A stretch of 32,000 bases of DNA, taken from assembly GCF_000619845.1 (NCBI RefSeq), contig NZ_JHUX01000003.1, positions 1,240,064 to 1,272,063 of the forward strand. Reading direction: 5' to 3'. A program made the translations under genes and the position numbers. Positions 1-9,055 of the stretch are shown one piece after another (within the stretch, counting starts at the first letter, position 1; the number at the start of each line of letters is the position of its first letter). The notes beneath the pieces were generated by a model. It did not search any database. It was not told where the DNA came from and was given only the letters and a program-made list of their open reading frames with translations. The stretch is from Alkanindiges illinoisensis DSM 15370 (GTDB lineage Bacteria > Pseudomonadota > Gammaproteobacteria > Pseudomonadales > Moraxellaceae).

Positions 1-159
1 TCGATCTGGATAATTTATACCCGGTTAGCTACTGCCCAGAATCCTCTTTTTGCGCAAAAAATGGTACATTTCCAGTGCATCCTAGCTACTTTTATCCCAA
101 CACCTGTTTTTATCATTCAAATTGAATTTTTAATATTCCATATATTTTTTAGGGGGTAA

Positions 160-1353
160 ATGATGGAACTCTCTATTGCCAAGATCGGTTTACTTTTAGT
201 GATTGCTGCGTTCGTGGCCATGCTGGCACGCCGCTTTCATTTTCCTTATACCGTTGGCTTGTTGATTGCTGGCATTGGCATGGCATTTTTTCCATTTATT
301 CCAACTATTGAACTCACCAAGGAACTGATTTTTACCGCGCTATTGCCACCGCTGATTTTTGAGGCTGCCTTGTTCCTGCCGTGGAAAGAACTCAAGCAGG
401 TTATGCCTTCAACCATTAGCATTGCCAGTATTGGCCTGCTTTTCTCTGCCGTTGTAACCGGTTTAGGCATGTTTTACCTGCTGGACTGGCCCGTTTATGC
501 AGCAGCCGTGTTTGGCGTGTTGATTGCGGCAACTGATCCGGTATCAGTCATTGCTACCTTTAAGGAAGCCGGGGTAAAAGGCAACCTGAAAATATTGGTT
601 GAATCGGAAAGCCTGTTTAATGATGGCGTGGCTGCCGTGTTATTTGGTTTAGCCATTACGCTGACTTCATCCACCCAGACTATTAGTGTCGTCAGTATCG
701 TGATGAACATGGGCTATGTGATTGGCGGTGGCTTGCTGGCAGGTATTGCTGTGGGAATAGTGGGCCTGTTCGTGCTTTCCAAGACAACCGATCACCTGAT
801 TGAGCTGACCTTTACTGCCATTGGCGCCTATGGTTCCTTTATGCTAGCGGAGCATTTTCACTGCTCTGGTGTGCTGGCAACGCTAGCTACAGGTGTTATG
901 GTCGGTAATCTGGGCCATATCAAGGCCATTTCTACCCGGGGCAATGAGGCTATTGAAAACTTCTGGGAATTTGCTGCATTTATTGCCAACTCCATTATTT
1001 TTTTATTGATTGGTGTTTATGAAGCCAAGCGATTTGACCTAAACCTGTTAATGGCATCAGTCTGTGCAATTGTGCTGGTACTGCTGGGGCGAATGGTAGC
1101 TATTTATCCGGTAGCTGCACTGTTTCGTAATACCCGATACCATATTCCAGCAACTTATCAGCATATTATGGTATGGGGCGGTTTGCGTGGTGCACTGGCT
1201 TTGGCGCTGGCGCTGGGTTTACCCAATGACATGGTGTACCGCTCACAGATCATTACCGTCACCTTTGTGGTGGTTGGTTTCTCAATTCTGGTACAGGGCA
1301 TTACCATCACTCCCCTGCTCAGGCGTTTTGGCATCCTGAAAACCAATAGCTAA
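160..1353 (+). CDS. Cation:proton (Na+/H+) antiporter, CPA1/NhaP-type, membrane domain only
   Basis: 397-aa highly hydrophobic multi-TM ORF. Contains the 'ATDPVSV' motif typical of Na+/H+ exchanger family proteins. AGGGGG Shine-Dalgarno lies just upstream of the ATGATG start, and a hairpin terminator follows the stop. Confidence 0.85.
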   Translation: MMELSIAKIGLLLVIAAFVAMLARRFHFPYTVGLLIAGIGMAFFPFIPTIELTKELIFTALLPPLIFEAALFLPWKELKQVMPSTISIASIGLLFSAVVTGLGMFYLLDWPVYAAAVFGVLIAATDPVSVIATFKEAGVKGNLKILVESESLFNDGVAAVLFGLAITLTSSTQTISVVSIVMNMGYVIGGGLLAGIAVGIVGLFVLSKTTDHLIELTFTAIGAYGSFMLAEHFHCSGVLATLATGVMVGNLGHIKAISTRGNEAIENFWEFAAFIANSIIFLLIGVYEAKRFDLNLLMASVCAIVLVLLGRMVAIYPVAALFRNTRYHIPATYQHIMVWGGLRGALALALALGLPNDMVYRSQIITVTFVVVGFSILVQGITITPLLRRFGILKTNS

Positions 1354-1387
1354 AAAACGTCAGTGCTGGTGCTGTAAACCTCATATT

Positions 1388-1411
1388 AAAAGCCGCATAA
1401 AGCGGCTTTTA
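1388..1411. terminator. Bidirectional rho-independent terminator between convergent genes
   Basis: Stem AGCCGC (1391-1396) pairs with GCGGCT (1402-1407), loop ATAAA. Flanked by an A-run on the left and TTTT on the right. Confidence 0.7.
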
Positions 1412-1519
1412 ATCGTTCTGTCTAACCAACTCCAAAACTGATACCAGATTAGGTTTGTATGCTATATCTGATGCCTCCTAGTCCTGAATTAGCCCAAGAA
1501 CAAGATTGCATGGACCAGA

Positions 1520-1732
1520 CTAAAAATCCTCGTCATCAATGTCATCAAAATCGTAATCAAGATCCTTGAGTTCACGTTGCAAACGACGCTCAGCCAGCAA
1601 GTCATCAATCAGGCGGCGTTTTAGCAGGGAATCCTTGGCACTGGCAGCCTTGCCTGCATTTTCATCCTCAAACGGCGCTTCTTCCTCAGTAAAGCTATCA
1701 TCCAACTCAAAATCCTGACCTGAACCAGACAT
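1520..1732 (-). CDS. Small highly acidic protein (70 aa), resembles the PA3496-family putative envelope integrity proteins
   Basis: 24 D/E versus 9 K/R in 70 residues. Central basic helix 'LLKRRLIDDLLAERRLQRELKDL' flanked by acidic tails. The family assignment is from memory of the motif, not from a search. Confidence 0.6.
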   Translation of the reverse strand: MSGSGQDFELDDSFTEEEAPFEDENAGKAASAKDSLLKRRLIDDLLAERRLQRELKDLDYDFDDIDDEDF

Positions 1733-2109
1733 AGCACTTCCCCCAAAAAAATTTTGTTCTGGCGGCTATTTATATCTGATCAAAAATAAAGTCAAGAAAT
1801 TTTTTTATGCTGTCTTAGCTTTAGCTGGCTGTCTATTGTTTTTCATCAGATTTAAAATAATATACCGATAGCTTTAACCCGGCCATTTAACAGGCAAACT
1901 AACGGGCTTTATTGCTGGGCAGTCCAGAGTACCGACTTGAAATATAAAAAATATCCCTCATATCGGCTATTATTGACAGCAGCTGATACTGATCACTGTA
2001 GTGTCTCAAATTTAATCCGCTTTGTGAGTTAGGGCTAAAATTGTAGCAAAAAATATGCTACCATGCGCGATTGCCCTAAGCCACTGATAAACATTAAGAG
2101 TGACGAACG

Positions 2110-3984
2110 ATGAGCGATTTGCAATCTCCTACCTCGCAAGTAGCGGCTTTAATTAGCCGAGGCAAGGAACAGGGCTACCTGACCTATGCCGAAGTCAACG
2201 ATCATCTACCGGACTCCATAACAGAAAGTGAGCAGATTGAAGACATCATTCAGATGCTTAACGATGTTGGCATTCCTGTGCACGACCGCGCCCCTGAAGT
2301 TGATGAAATCCTGCTGGAAGACAATCCGGATGCCAGTGATGATGAAGTGGCTGCCGAAGAAGCAGCTGCCGTTCTTGCCTCTGTAGAAAATGAACCGGGT
2401 CGTACCACTGATCCGGTGCGCATGTATATGCGTGAAATGGGTACAGTAGAACTGCTAACCCGTGAAGGCGAAATCAGCATTGCAAAACGCATTGAAGATG
2501 GAATCCGTGATGTATTACATGCCATTGCCCACTGGCCGGGTGCCGTGGATGTGGTATTGCAGGAATATCAGGAAACCATTACTGGCGAACGCCGTTTGGC
2601 AGATATCCTGTCGGGTTACCTTGACCCGGATAGCGATGAAGAAATTCCTGAAGTCATTGATGAAGAGCTGCTGGCCGATGAAGAAGCGCCTGCTGTTGCT
2701 AAAGCAGAAGTGGCCGATGATGATGAAGAGGAAGAAGACGGCGACAGCTCCGATGATGAAGTTGAGTCTGGCCCGGATCCTGAAATTGCCCGTGTTCGCT
2801 TCACTGAATTGCAGGAACGCCTAGATGCCGTTAAAGCAGCAATTGAAGCGCATGGCCGTCATTCCGAGCAGGCTGAAACTGCCCTGACTGAAATGGCAAC
2901 TGTATTCATGATGTTCAAACTCACGCCACGCCTGTCTGACCAGCTGACTGCCATGATCCGCGACACGCATGAGCAGATTCGCCTGAGTGAACGTGAAATC
3001 ATGCGTTATAGCGTGCGTCGTGGCCGTATGAACCGTGACCGTTTCCGCAAGACTTTCCCAGGCAGTGAATCGCGTACTGACTGGCTGGATGAGCAAATTG
3101 AGCAGGAACCGGCAATTGCCTCTTACCTGAATGCGGTACGTGCTGATGTACTGGCTTTCCAGCAAAAAATTGCCGATATTGAAACTGAACTATCGTTACG
3201 TGTGGCTGAAATCAAGGATATTTCCAAGCGCATGGCCATTGGTGAAGCCAAAGCACGCCGCGCAAAAAAGGAAATGGTGGAAGCCAACCTGCGTCTGGTT
3301 ATTTCGATTGCCAAGAAATATACCAACCGTGGTCTGCAGTTCCTTGATCTGATTCAAGAAGGTAACATTGGTCTGATGAAAGCGGTGGACAAGTTTGAAT
3401 ACCGCCGTGGTTACAAATTCTCGACCTATGCGACCTGGTGGATTCGCCAGGCAATTACCCGCTCCATTGCGGATCAGGCGCGCACAATTCGTATTCCGGT
3501 ACACATGATTGAAACCATCAACAAAATCAATCGTGTTTCACGTCAGTTATTGCAGGAAATGGGCCGTGAGCCAACGCCTGAAGAACTGGGTGAACGTCTG
3601 GAAATGGATGAAGTGAAGGTTCGCAAGGTACTAAAAATTGCCAAAGAACCGATTTCTATGGAAACCCCTATCGGTGATGATGAAGATTCACACCTGGGCG
3701 ATTTCATTGAAGACACCAACATCACTTCACCTGTAGAAGCAGCAACGTCTGAAGGCCTGCGTGAAGCGACCCGTGAAGTGCTGGCCAACCTGACTGAACG
3801 TGAAGCTAAAGTGTTGAAAATGCGTTTTGGTATTGATATGCCAACCGATCATACCTTGGAAGAAGTCGGCAAGCAGTTTGACGTAACCCGTGAGCGGATT
3901 CGCCAGATTGAAGCCAAGGCATTACGCAAATTGCGTCACCCTTCCCGCTCTGAACATCTGCGTTCATTCCTGGAAAATGATTAA
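2110..3984 (+). CDS. rpoD: RNA polymerase primary sigma factor sigma-70
   Basis: 624 aa. Region 2 '[27 protein letters not shown]', region 4.2 '[30 protein letters not shown]', and the acidic non-conserved insertion typical of RpoD. Confidence 0.98.
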   Translation: MSDLQSPTSQVAALISRGKEQGYLTYAEVNDHLPDSITESEQIEDIIQMLNDVGIPVHDRAPEVDEILLEDNPDASDDEVAAEEAAAVLASVENEPGRTTDPVRMYMREMGTVELLTREGEISIAKRIEDGIRDVLHAIAHWPGAVDVVLQEYQETITGERRLADILSGYLDPDSDEEIPEVIDEELLADEEAPAVAKAEVADDDEEEEDGDSSDDEVESGPDPEIARVRFTELQERLDAVKAAIEAHGRHSEQAETALTEMATVFMMFKLTPRLSDQLTAMIRDTHEQIRLSEREIMRYSVRRGRMNRDRFRKTFPGSESRTDWLDEQIEQEPAIASYLNAVRADVLAFQQKIADIETELSLRVAEIKDISKRMAIGEAKARRAKKEMVEANLRLVISIAKKYTNRGLQFLDLIQEGNIGLMKAVDKFEYRRGYKFSTYATWWIRQAITRSIADQARTIRIPVHMIETINKINRVSRQLLQEMGREPTPEELGERLEMDEVKVRKVLKIAKEPISMETPIGDDEDSHLGDFIEDTNITSPVEAATSEGLREATREVLANLTEREAKVLKMRFGIDMPTDHTLEEVGKQFDVTRERIRQIEAKALRKLRHPSRSEHLRSFLEND

Positions 3985-4006
3985 TTTTTCAGTATTTGAA
4001 TAATTT

Positions 4007-4035
4007 TAAAAATGCCTGCTGAATGCAGGCATTTT
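4007..4035 (+). terminator. rpoD rho-independent terminator
   Basis: AAAAATGCCTGC-TGAAT-GCAGGCATTTTT: perfect GC-rich stem followed by a T-run. Confidence 0.85.
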
Positions 4036-4181
4036 TATTGGATAAAATTTTAAAATGATGCCAGTACCATGATCGTATGAAACTGTTTTTTGAACACTTA
4101 ACATGAAGCCAGCAGACTGCCCTTTAGTTTAATAGAATCATCCCAATATAGTGTTTAATATTTAAAATTAGAGAGTAAACA

Positions 4182-4469
4182 ATGAGCGACAACCAAAATA
4201 TTCAGCCCTTAAATGAAGAGCTATGGCAATTTCCGATGGATTATCCAATCCGGTTAATTGGCAACGCTGTGCCTGAATTGCGCGATGAGGTAGAAGCGAT
4301 TTTTTTGAAGCATTTCCCAGATTTTGATTCGAATAATATTGTGGTGCAGCCCTCCAGCAAAGGTAATTATCACTCCATTCGTGCCCAGTTGCGCTTTGAA
4401 AATATGGAACAGGTGCATGCCCTGTATGCCGATTTAAAAGCTTGTGAGCATATTAAGACGGCGTTGTAG
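4182..4469 (+). CDS. ybeD: DUF493/YbeD-family protein
   Basis: 95 aa with 'FPMDYPIRLIG' near the N-terminus, as in YbeD. Sits upstream of lipB as in other gamma-proteobacteria. AGAGAG RBS. Confidence 0.85.
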   Translation: MSDNQNIQPLNEELWQFPMDYPIRLIGNAVPELRDEVEAIFLKHFPDFDSNNIVVQPSSKGNYHSIRAQLRFENMEQVHALYADLKACEHIKTAL

Positions 4470-4480
4470 TAAGTCTAATT

Positions 4481-4507
4481 AAAAGCGTTGAGGGATCAGC
4501 GCTTTTT
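4481..4507 (+). terminator. Putative ybeD terminator (imperfect hairpin + T-run)
   Basis: AAAAGCGtTGA-ggga-TCAgCGCTTTTT: AGCG/CGCT and TGA/TCA pair with one internal mismatch, followed by TTTTT. Confidence 0.5.
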
Positions 4508-4550
4508 AATTAGTATATGATTAACTATTTATTTGATTTAAAGACATTTA

Positions 4551-5093
4551 ATGTTAGATATCTTTGAGCAACTTCATACAATTAGTGGTGAAAATACTTA
4601 TTATCTAATTGCTTTAAATTATCCAGAGAAAGTGAATATTAGTTATTATCAAGAACTTTTTCAGATCATTGATAGTTCAACTCAAATTAAGTTATTGCTT
4701 TCCACGCAATCTTGGCGCGAACACCTTATCGCCTATATGTTAATTATGTCGAATTACGATAATAACTTTGTAGAAGCAATAAAACATTGTTTTAGTCAGG
4801 GAAGTGATATTTCCCCGCAATTAGCTGTTGCTATTGCATTACAAGATAGAAAACAAGCTTTGAACTATTTTTTAGCACTTATTGAATCCTTTCAATTATC
4901 CAATAAATCTCTAAGTGCAATAAGTAAGTCCATAGGTGCAATAATGGCAGTAATGCCTACCTGTGGTGGGTTTGAAATATCTATTCCCAAGTTAAATTTA
5001 GATTTGGATAATTTCAATACTGGATTTTTAGTCGCCTGTCATCATCTCAACTTTTGGCAAAAAAATGGCTGGGAAGATAATTATCATTCTTAA
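4551..5093 (+). CDS. Hypothetical protein (180 aa), AT-rich orphan, predicted helical; no family recognised
   Basis: Uninterrupted 180-codon ORF in a region of about 25% GC (15/60 G+C hand-counted in 4561-4620). Fills the gap between the ybeD terminator and lipB. No motif I can assign. Confidence 0.6.
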   Translation: MLDIFEQLHTISGENTYYLIALNYPEKVNISYYQELFQIIDSSTQIKLLLSTQSWREHLIAYMLIMSNYDNNFVEAIKHCFSQGSDISPQLAVAIALQDRKQALNYFLALIESFQLSNKSLSAISKSIGAIMAVMPTCGGFEISIPKLNLDLDNFNTGFLVACHHLNFWQKNGWEDNYHS

Positions 5094-5105
5094 ATTAATA
5101 TTTCT

Positions 5106-5759
5106 ATGATCACTCAACCTTCTCTCCTCATTACGCAATTCTCGACCCTGCAACACTACGAACCGACCTTTGCAGCGATGAAGCAGTTTACGGAAACCAG
5201 AACCAAACAAGACGCTGACCAGCTCTGGTTATTACAGCATGATGATGTGCTCACCCAAGGCCAAGCTGGTAAACCGGAGCATGTGTTGTTTCCTTCGCCA
5301 GACTTGCCGATTGTGCAAACAGACCGGGGTGGTCAAGTCACTTGGCATGGCAAGGGTCAACTGGTGGGTTATCTGATGTTTGACCTCAATCGGCTCAAAT
5401 GGAACGTGCGCGATTTAGTCAATTTTACCGAACAGCTCATCATTGATCTGCTCAAACACTATGGCCTAAGTGCCTATGCCAAAAAAGATGCACCGGGTGT
5501 TTATATTAATGAGCAGAAAATTGCCTCGCTGGGATTCAAGATTCGCAAGGGTTGCAGCTATCACGGGTTATCCCTAAACATGGATTGCAGTCTGGAAGGT
5601 TTTTCCCGGATTAACCCATGCGGTTACGCGGGCCTGCAAATGATCAGATTGAGTGATGTACTGGACAGTCCACCAAATTTTGAGCAAATTTGCATTCAAA
5701 TAAGGTATTTAATCGAAAAACAGCATATATTTTCCAGTATTAAGACTGGACTTGTCTAA
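5106..5759 (+). CDS. lipB: Lipoyl(octanoyl) transferase
   Basis: 217 aa. Motifs 'RGGQVTWHGKGQLVGY' and 'KIASLGFKIRKGCSYHGLSLN' match the LipB catalytic core (active-site Cys/Lys region). Confidence 0.93.
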   Translation: MITQPSLLITQFSTLQHYEPTFAAMKQFTETRTKQDADQLWLLQHDDVLTQGQAGKPEHVLFPSPDLPIVQTDRGGQVTWHGKGQLVGYLMFDLNRLKWNVRDLVNFTEQLIIDLLKHYGLSAYAKKDAPGVYINEQKIASLGFKIRKGCSYHGLSLNMDCSLEGFSRINPCGYAGLQMIRLSDVLDSPPNFEQICIQIRYLIEKQHIFSSIKTGLV

Positions 5760-5852
5760 ACAATCTGTTATTGTAGGGATGAAAATTAGAGTAAATACTC
5801 TAAAGATAAGTTTTAGCCATTTCACTTAACTATTGATGATAGAGAATGCGTA

Positions 5853-6383
5853 GTGAAACCAACCAATAAACTTCTTCCGGCAGCACAGCGTGCCTATGTC
5901 GCCCTGATGATGGACGTCATCGGTCGCGGCCTTACCTCAGCAAGTCAGGTTGACCCTGAGATTCATAATGAAACGAAAGGATTCCCGGCTGGTTTTATTG
6001 TAAGAATGACGGTGTTTCCAAACGGCCCCGATTTTACAGCACAAAGCCAGCCTGATGGTTCACTGTCGCTATTGAAAAATTTTGGCGGCAAACCTGATTT
6101 GACAGTTACCTTCAAGCATATTTCCCATGCGTTTCTGGTATTTAGTTTCCAGGAAGGTACAGCACGGGCGTTTGCCAATGACCGTATGGTGGCCGATGGT
6201 GATTTGTCCTATGCCATTCGTTTGGTGCGCTGCCTGAACAAGATGGAAGCTTTAATTCTGCCAAAAATGGTTGCAAAGCTAGCGGTCAAGCAATATCCGG
6301 AAGACCTGAGCTTCACGCAAAAATTAAACCTTGCTTCACGCATTTATCTTAAAGTTGCTCAAACCTATATTAAACGGAGCTAA
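5853..6383 (+). CDS. SCP2 sterol/lipid-binding-domain-like protein (GTG start)
   Basis: 176 aa. The C-terminal half 'DLTVTFKHISHAFLVFSFQEGTARAFANDRMVADGDLSYAIRLVRCL' follows the SCP2 pattern (...G.l....a...g...eGd...a.+l). Its stop lies 2 nt before the ADH start, and a GGAG RBS for the ADH sits inside its 3' end. Confidence 0.6.
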   Translation: MKPTNKLLPAAQRAYVALMMDVIGRGLTSASQVDPEIHNETKGFPAGFIVRMTVFPNGPDFTAQSQPDGSLSLLKNFGGKPDLTVTFKHISHAFLVFSFQEGTARAFANDRMVADGDLSYAIRLVRCLNKMEALILPKMVAKLAVKQYPEDLSFTQKLNLASRIYLKVAQTYIKRS

Positions 6384-6385
6384 TT

Positions 6386-7573
6386 ATGGCCAAGCCGTAT
6401 TATGAATTCTTTTGCCCAGTAAAAGTCATTGCAGGGAGTGCAGCACTGGAGCATATTCCTTTTGAACTGGCAACCCTGGGTGCCAAGCGCGCCATGATCA
6501 TTACTGACAAGGGCGTGCGCAGCAACAATTTGCTGGAACCTATTCAAGCCGCTTTTGAAAGCACTGACAGCAGTATTGCAGTAATCTTTGATGATGTACC
6601 ACCTGATAGCAGCCTGCAAACAGTACGCACAGCAGCTGAACTGTACCGCCAGAACAATTGTGATGCCATTATTGCTGTAGGCGGTGGTTCAGTCATTGAC
6701 ACCTCTAAAGGCGTGAATATTCTGGTGTCTGAAGGCGGTGATGACCTGCTGAAATACTCTGGTGCTCATAACCTGCCACGTCCGTTAAAGCCATTTTTTG
6801 TGGTGCCAACAACAGCAGGCACAGGCTCTGAAGTGACGGCAGTTGCAGTAGTATCTGATATTGAAAAGAATGTGAAGCTGGCATTTGCCTCTTACTTCCT
6901 GATGCCACATGCAGCCATTCTAGATCCGCGCATGACCGCAACCCTGCCGCCGCACATCACTGCCATGACGGCTATGGACGCCATGACGCATGCCGTGGAA
7001 GCTTATACCTGTCTGGGTTCCAACCCGATCAGTGATGCTTATGCATTTGCCGCCATCAAGAAAATCAGTGCCAATTTGATCAAGGTACTGGATGAGCCGT
7101 CCAATACTGATGCCCGCTTAGAACTGGCTCAGGCATCTACCATGGCAGGAATTGCGTTCTCTAATGCAATGGTAGGACTGGTGCACTCATTGGGTCATGC
7201 CACTGGCGCTGTTGCTCACTTGCCACATGGCTTGTGCATGAACCTGTTTATGCCCTATGTACTGGAATATAACCAGTCTGTAAATGGTGACAAAATTGCT
7301 GAGTTGCTACTGCCACTGGCCGGCCCGGAAGTTTACGCCAGCACACCAGCCAGCCAGCGTGCTTCCAAGGCTATTCAGCATATTCGTGAAGTACGTGATG
7401 TGTTATTTGAGCGTACCAAATTGCCACGTACCTTAAAAGAAACCGGCAAGGTCACTGAAGCGCAACTGGATGAAATTGCTGCCAAGGCACTGGATGACGG
7501 TTCAATTATTTTTAATCCGCGTGAAGCCTCAAGAGCTGACCTCAAGGCTATTTTGCAAAAAGCCTGGGCTTAA
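6386..7573 (+). CDS. Iron-containing (group III) alcohol dehydrogenase
   Basis: 395 aa. 'AVGGGSVIDTSKG' NAD-binding motif and the metal-binding His cluster ('MDAMTHAVEAY', 'LVHSLGHATG', 'HLPHG'). Confidence 0.92.
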   Translation: MAKPYYEFFCPVKVIAGSAALEHIPFELATLGAKRAMIITDKGVRSNNLLEPIQAAFESTDSSIAVIFDDVPPDSSLQTVRTAAELYRQNNCDAIIAVGGGSVIDTSKGVNILVSEGGDDLLKYSGAHNLPRPLKPFFVVPTTAGTGSEVTAVAVVSDIEKNVKLAFASYFLMPHAAILDPRMTATLPPHITAMTAMDAMTHAVEAYTCLGSNPISDAYAFAAIKKISANLIKVLDEPSNTDARLELAQASTMAGIAFSNAMVGLVHSLGHATGAVAHLPHGLCMNLFMPYVLEYNQSVNGDKIAELLLPLAGPEVYASTPASQRASKAIQHIREVRDVLFERTKLPRTLKETGKVTEAQLDEIAAKALDDGSIIFNPREASRADLKAILQKAWA

Positions 7574-7595
7574 ATTGCATTAGCGTTACGGCCAA

Positions 7596-7628
7596 GAAAA
7601 ATCCCGCTTAATGCGGGATTTTTTTTTA
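7596..7628. terminator. Bidirectional rho-independent terminator
   Basis: AAAAATCCCGC-TTAAT-GCGGGATTTTTTTTT, located between the convergent ADH (+) and DoxX (-) genes. Confidence 0.85.
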
Positions 7629-7651
7629 TTTATGGTGCCAGATTTTTTTGC

Positions 7652-8053
7652 TTAAGTCAGCTTGATATGCCATGGATCAGTTTTGGTCTTAAGGGCAATC
7701 CATGCCAGCAGCATCCCAACAATATTACTAATAACCGGATTAAATGCCCCGCTTAGTAATTCTGGTACTAACACCATAATATCCAGTAGCAGCAAAGCCA
7801 AGGCAATAAAAGCCAGCCAGACTGGCCAATTTTTTCTCGGAAAAATTAGAATCAGTATGCCAAGCAGGATTTCGCTTATTCCTGCCAATTGAGCCATAAG
7901 TTCTGGTGTAAGTAAATTTTGGATCGGGAGCAGTTCTAAATGCTGCTGATTAATATATAGCTCGGTTTTATCCAGAAAAATGAGCTTGGGCACCAGTCCC
8001 TGATAAATAAATAAAAAACTCAAGCCCAAACGGGCCAAAGTACTAGATTGCAT
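7652..8053 (-). CDS. DoxX-like family membrane protein
   Basis: 133 aa with 4 predicted TM helices and a DoxX-like sequence character. Its start overlaps the DCC gene stop by 11 nt (8043-8053), the usual DCC/DoxX pairing. Confidence 0.75.
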   Translation of the reverse strand: MQSSTLARLGLSFLFIYQGLVPKLIFLDKTELYINQQHLELLPIQNLLTPELMAQLAGISEILLGILILIFPRKNWPVWLAFIALALLLLDIMVLVPELLSGAFNPVISNIVGMLLAWIALKTKTDPWHIKLT

Positions 8054-8576
8054 GATCTAAAAACCGCTTACGGATTTTTGAAGTCGGCACCAGACACTGT
8101 GCATGCTGCCCAAACAGTTTATAGCGTCGGGTTGCCACATGATCATAGGCCCAGTCTCGCCATGCTCTGGGAATAACCCGCCCGGCTGCCAGCACAGTAA
8201 ATGGAAACGGTAACTGCTGCATGATACGCAACAAGGCATCACTGCGTTCATACATGTGATGGCCTTCAATCAGTAGCATGGTGTCAAAGTGATCTGTAGG
8301 CATGCCAAGCGAGGTTAAAATCGCCTGACCCTCTGGCGACTGTACACTGCATAATTTGAATTTTTCCAGTGTATCGTGCCGAATCAAAAACCGGCTCCAG
8401 CCCGTGCATAGCTTGCACACGGCGTCAAACATAACAATTTTATCGTCAGGCTGAATAAAGTCCGGCAACGCAGGCGATGTGCTGTAATGAAATTTCCAGT
8501 TGCCTAAGACCTTACTGATAGAGACATTGTTTGCAAAAACTTTGCTATTGAAAGCCCTGCTGTCGCCATGCTTCAT
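8043..8576 (-). CDS. Thiol-disulfide oxidoreductase, DCC family (DUF393)
   Basis: 'MFDAVCKLCTGWSRFL' matches the DCC-family DxxCxxC motif. The start is uncertain: the ATG at 8576 overlaps the trmL 3' end by 32 nt and lacks a clear RBS, and an internal TTG ('MPDFIQPDD...') is possible. Confidence 0.8.
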   Translation of the reverse strand: MKHGDSRAFNSKVFANNVSISKVLGNWKFHYSTSPALPDFIQPDDKIVMFDAVCKLCTGWSRFLIRHDTLEKFKLCSVQSPEGQAILTSLGMPTDHFDTMLLIEGHHMYERSDALLRIMQQLPFPFTVLAAGRVIPRAWRDWAYDHVATRRYKLFGQHAQCLVPTSKIRKRFLDHAI

Positions 8577-9009
8577 AGATCATTACTGCCACTGAATTGG
8601 ACAAATTCAGACTACGCGATTCAGGCTGCATCGGCAAGCGCAACCAGTGTTCAAACGGAAAACTCATGCGCACTTCTTCTGGCAAGCCACGGGTTTCTGG
8701 CCCAAACAAAAAAGCCACATCACGGTTAAGGTTACGGTCAAACGGCGAATGCTGGCCTTTGGTAGTGAGCGGAAAAACAGCTTCAATACCCAGTGTTTTT
8801 AGCTCATCAAGGCAAGGCTGCAAGGATGGCCAGATTTTAAGCTCTGCCCACTCATGGTAATCCAGCCCTGCCCGTTTTAATTTTTTGTCTTCCAGTTCAA
8901 AACCCAATGGTTCAACCAAATGCAGCTTGGCCCCAGTATTCGCACACAGGCGAATAATATTACCGGTATTACTGGGAATTTCCGGCTCAAATAAAATAAT
9001 ATGAATCAC
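8545..9009 (-). CDS. trmL: tRNA (cytidine/uridine(34)-2'-O)-methyltransferase, SpoU/TrmL
   Basis: 154 aa with a GTG start. 'EPEIPSNTGNIIRLCANTGAKLHLVEPLGF' and C-terminal 'SLNLSNSVAVMIYEAWRQ' are SPOUT/TrmL signatures. Confidence 0.92.
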   Translation of the reverse strand: MIHIILFEPEIPSNTGNIIRLCANTGAKLHLVEPLGFELEDKKLKRAGLDYHEWAELKIWPSLQPCLDELKTLGIEAVFPLTTKGQHSPFDRNLNRDVAFLFGPETRGLPEEVRMSFPFEHWLRLPMQPESRSLNLSNSVAVMIYEAWRQQGFQ

Positions 9010-9023
9010 AGCAAAACCAATTC

Positions 9024-9055
9024 AATAAAAAAACCAGCCTTATTTTAGCTGGTTT
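9024..9055 (-). terminator. Rho-independent terminator downstream of the SOD gene
   Basis: Read on the minus strand: AAACCAGC-taaaataag-GCTGGTTTTTTTATT. Confidence 0.7.

Noticed and set aside
2250-3788. Multiple 60-120-aa ORFs on both strands inside rpoD (e.g. 2462-2824 +, 2821-3165 -, 3196-3504 -)
   Set aside because: They lie entirely within the confidently identified rpoD frame. They have low-complexity or odd composition (Ser/Ala runs antisense to the acidic insert), no RBS and no recognisable motifs.
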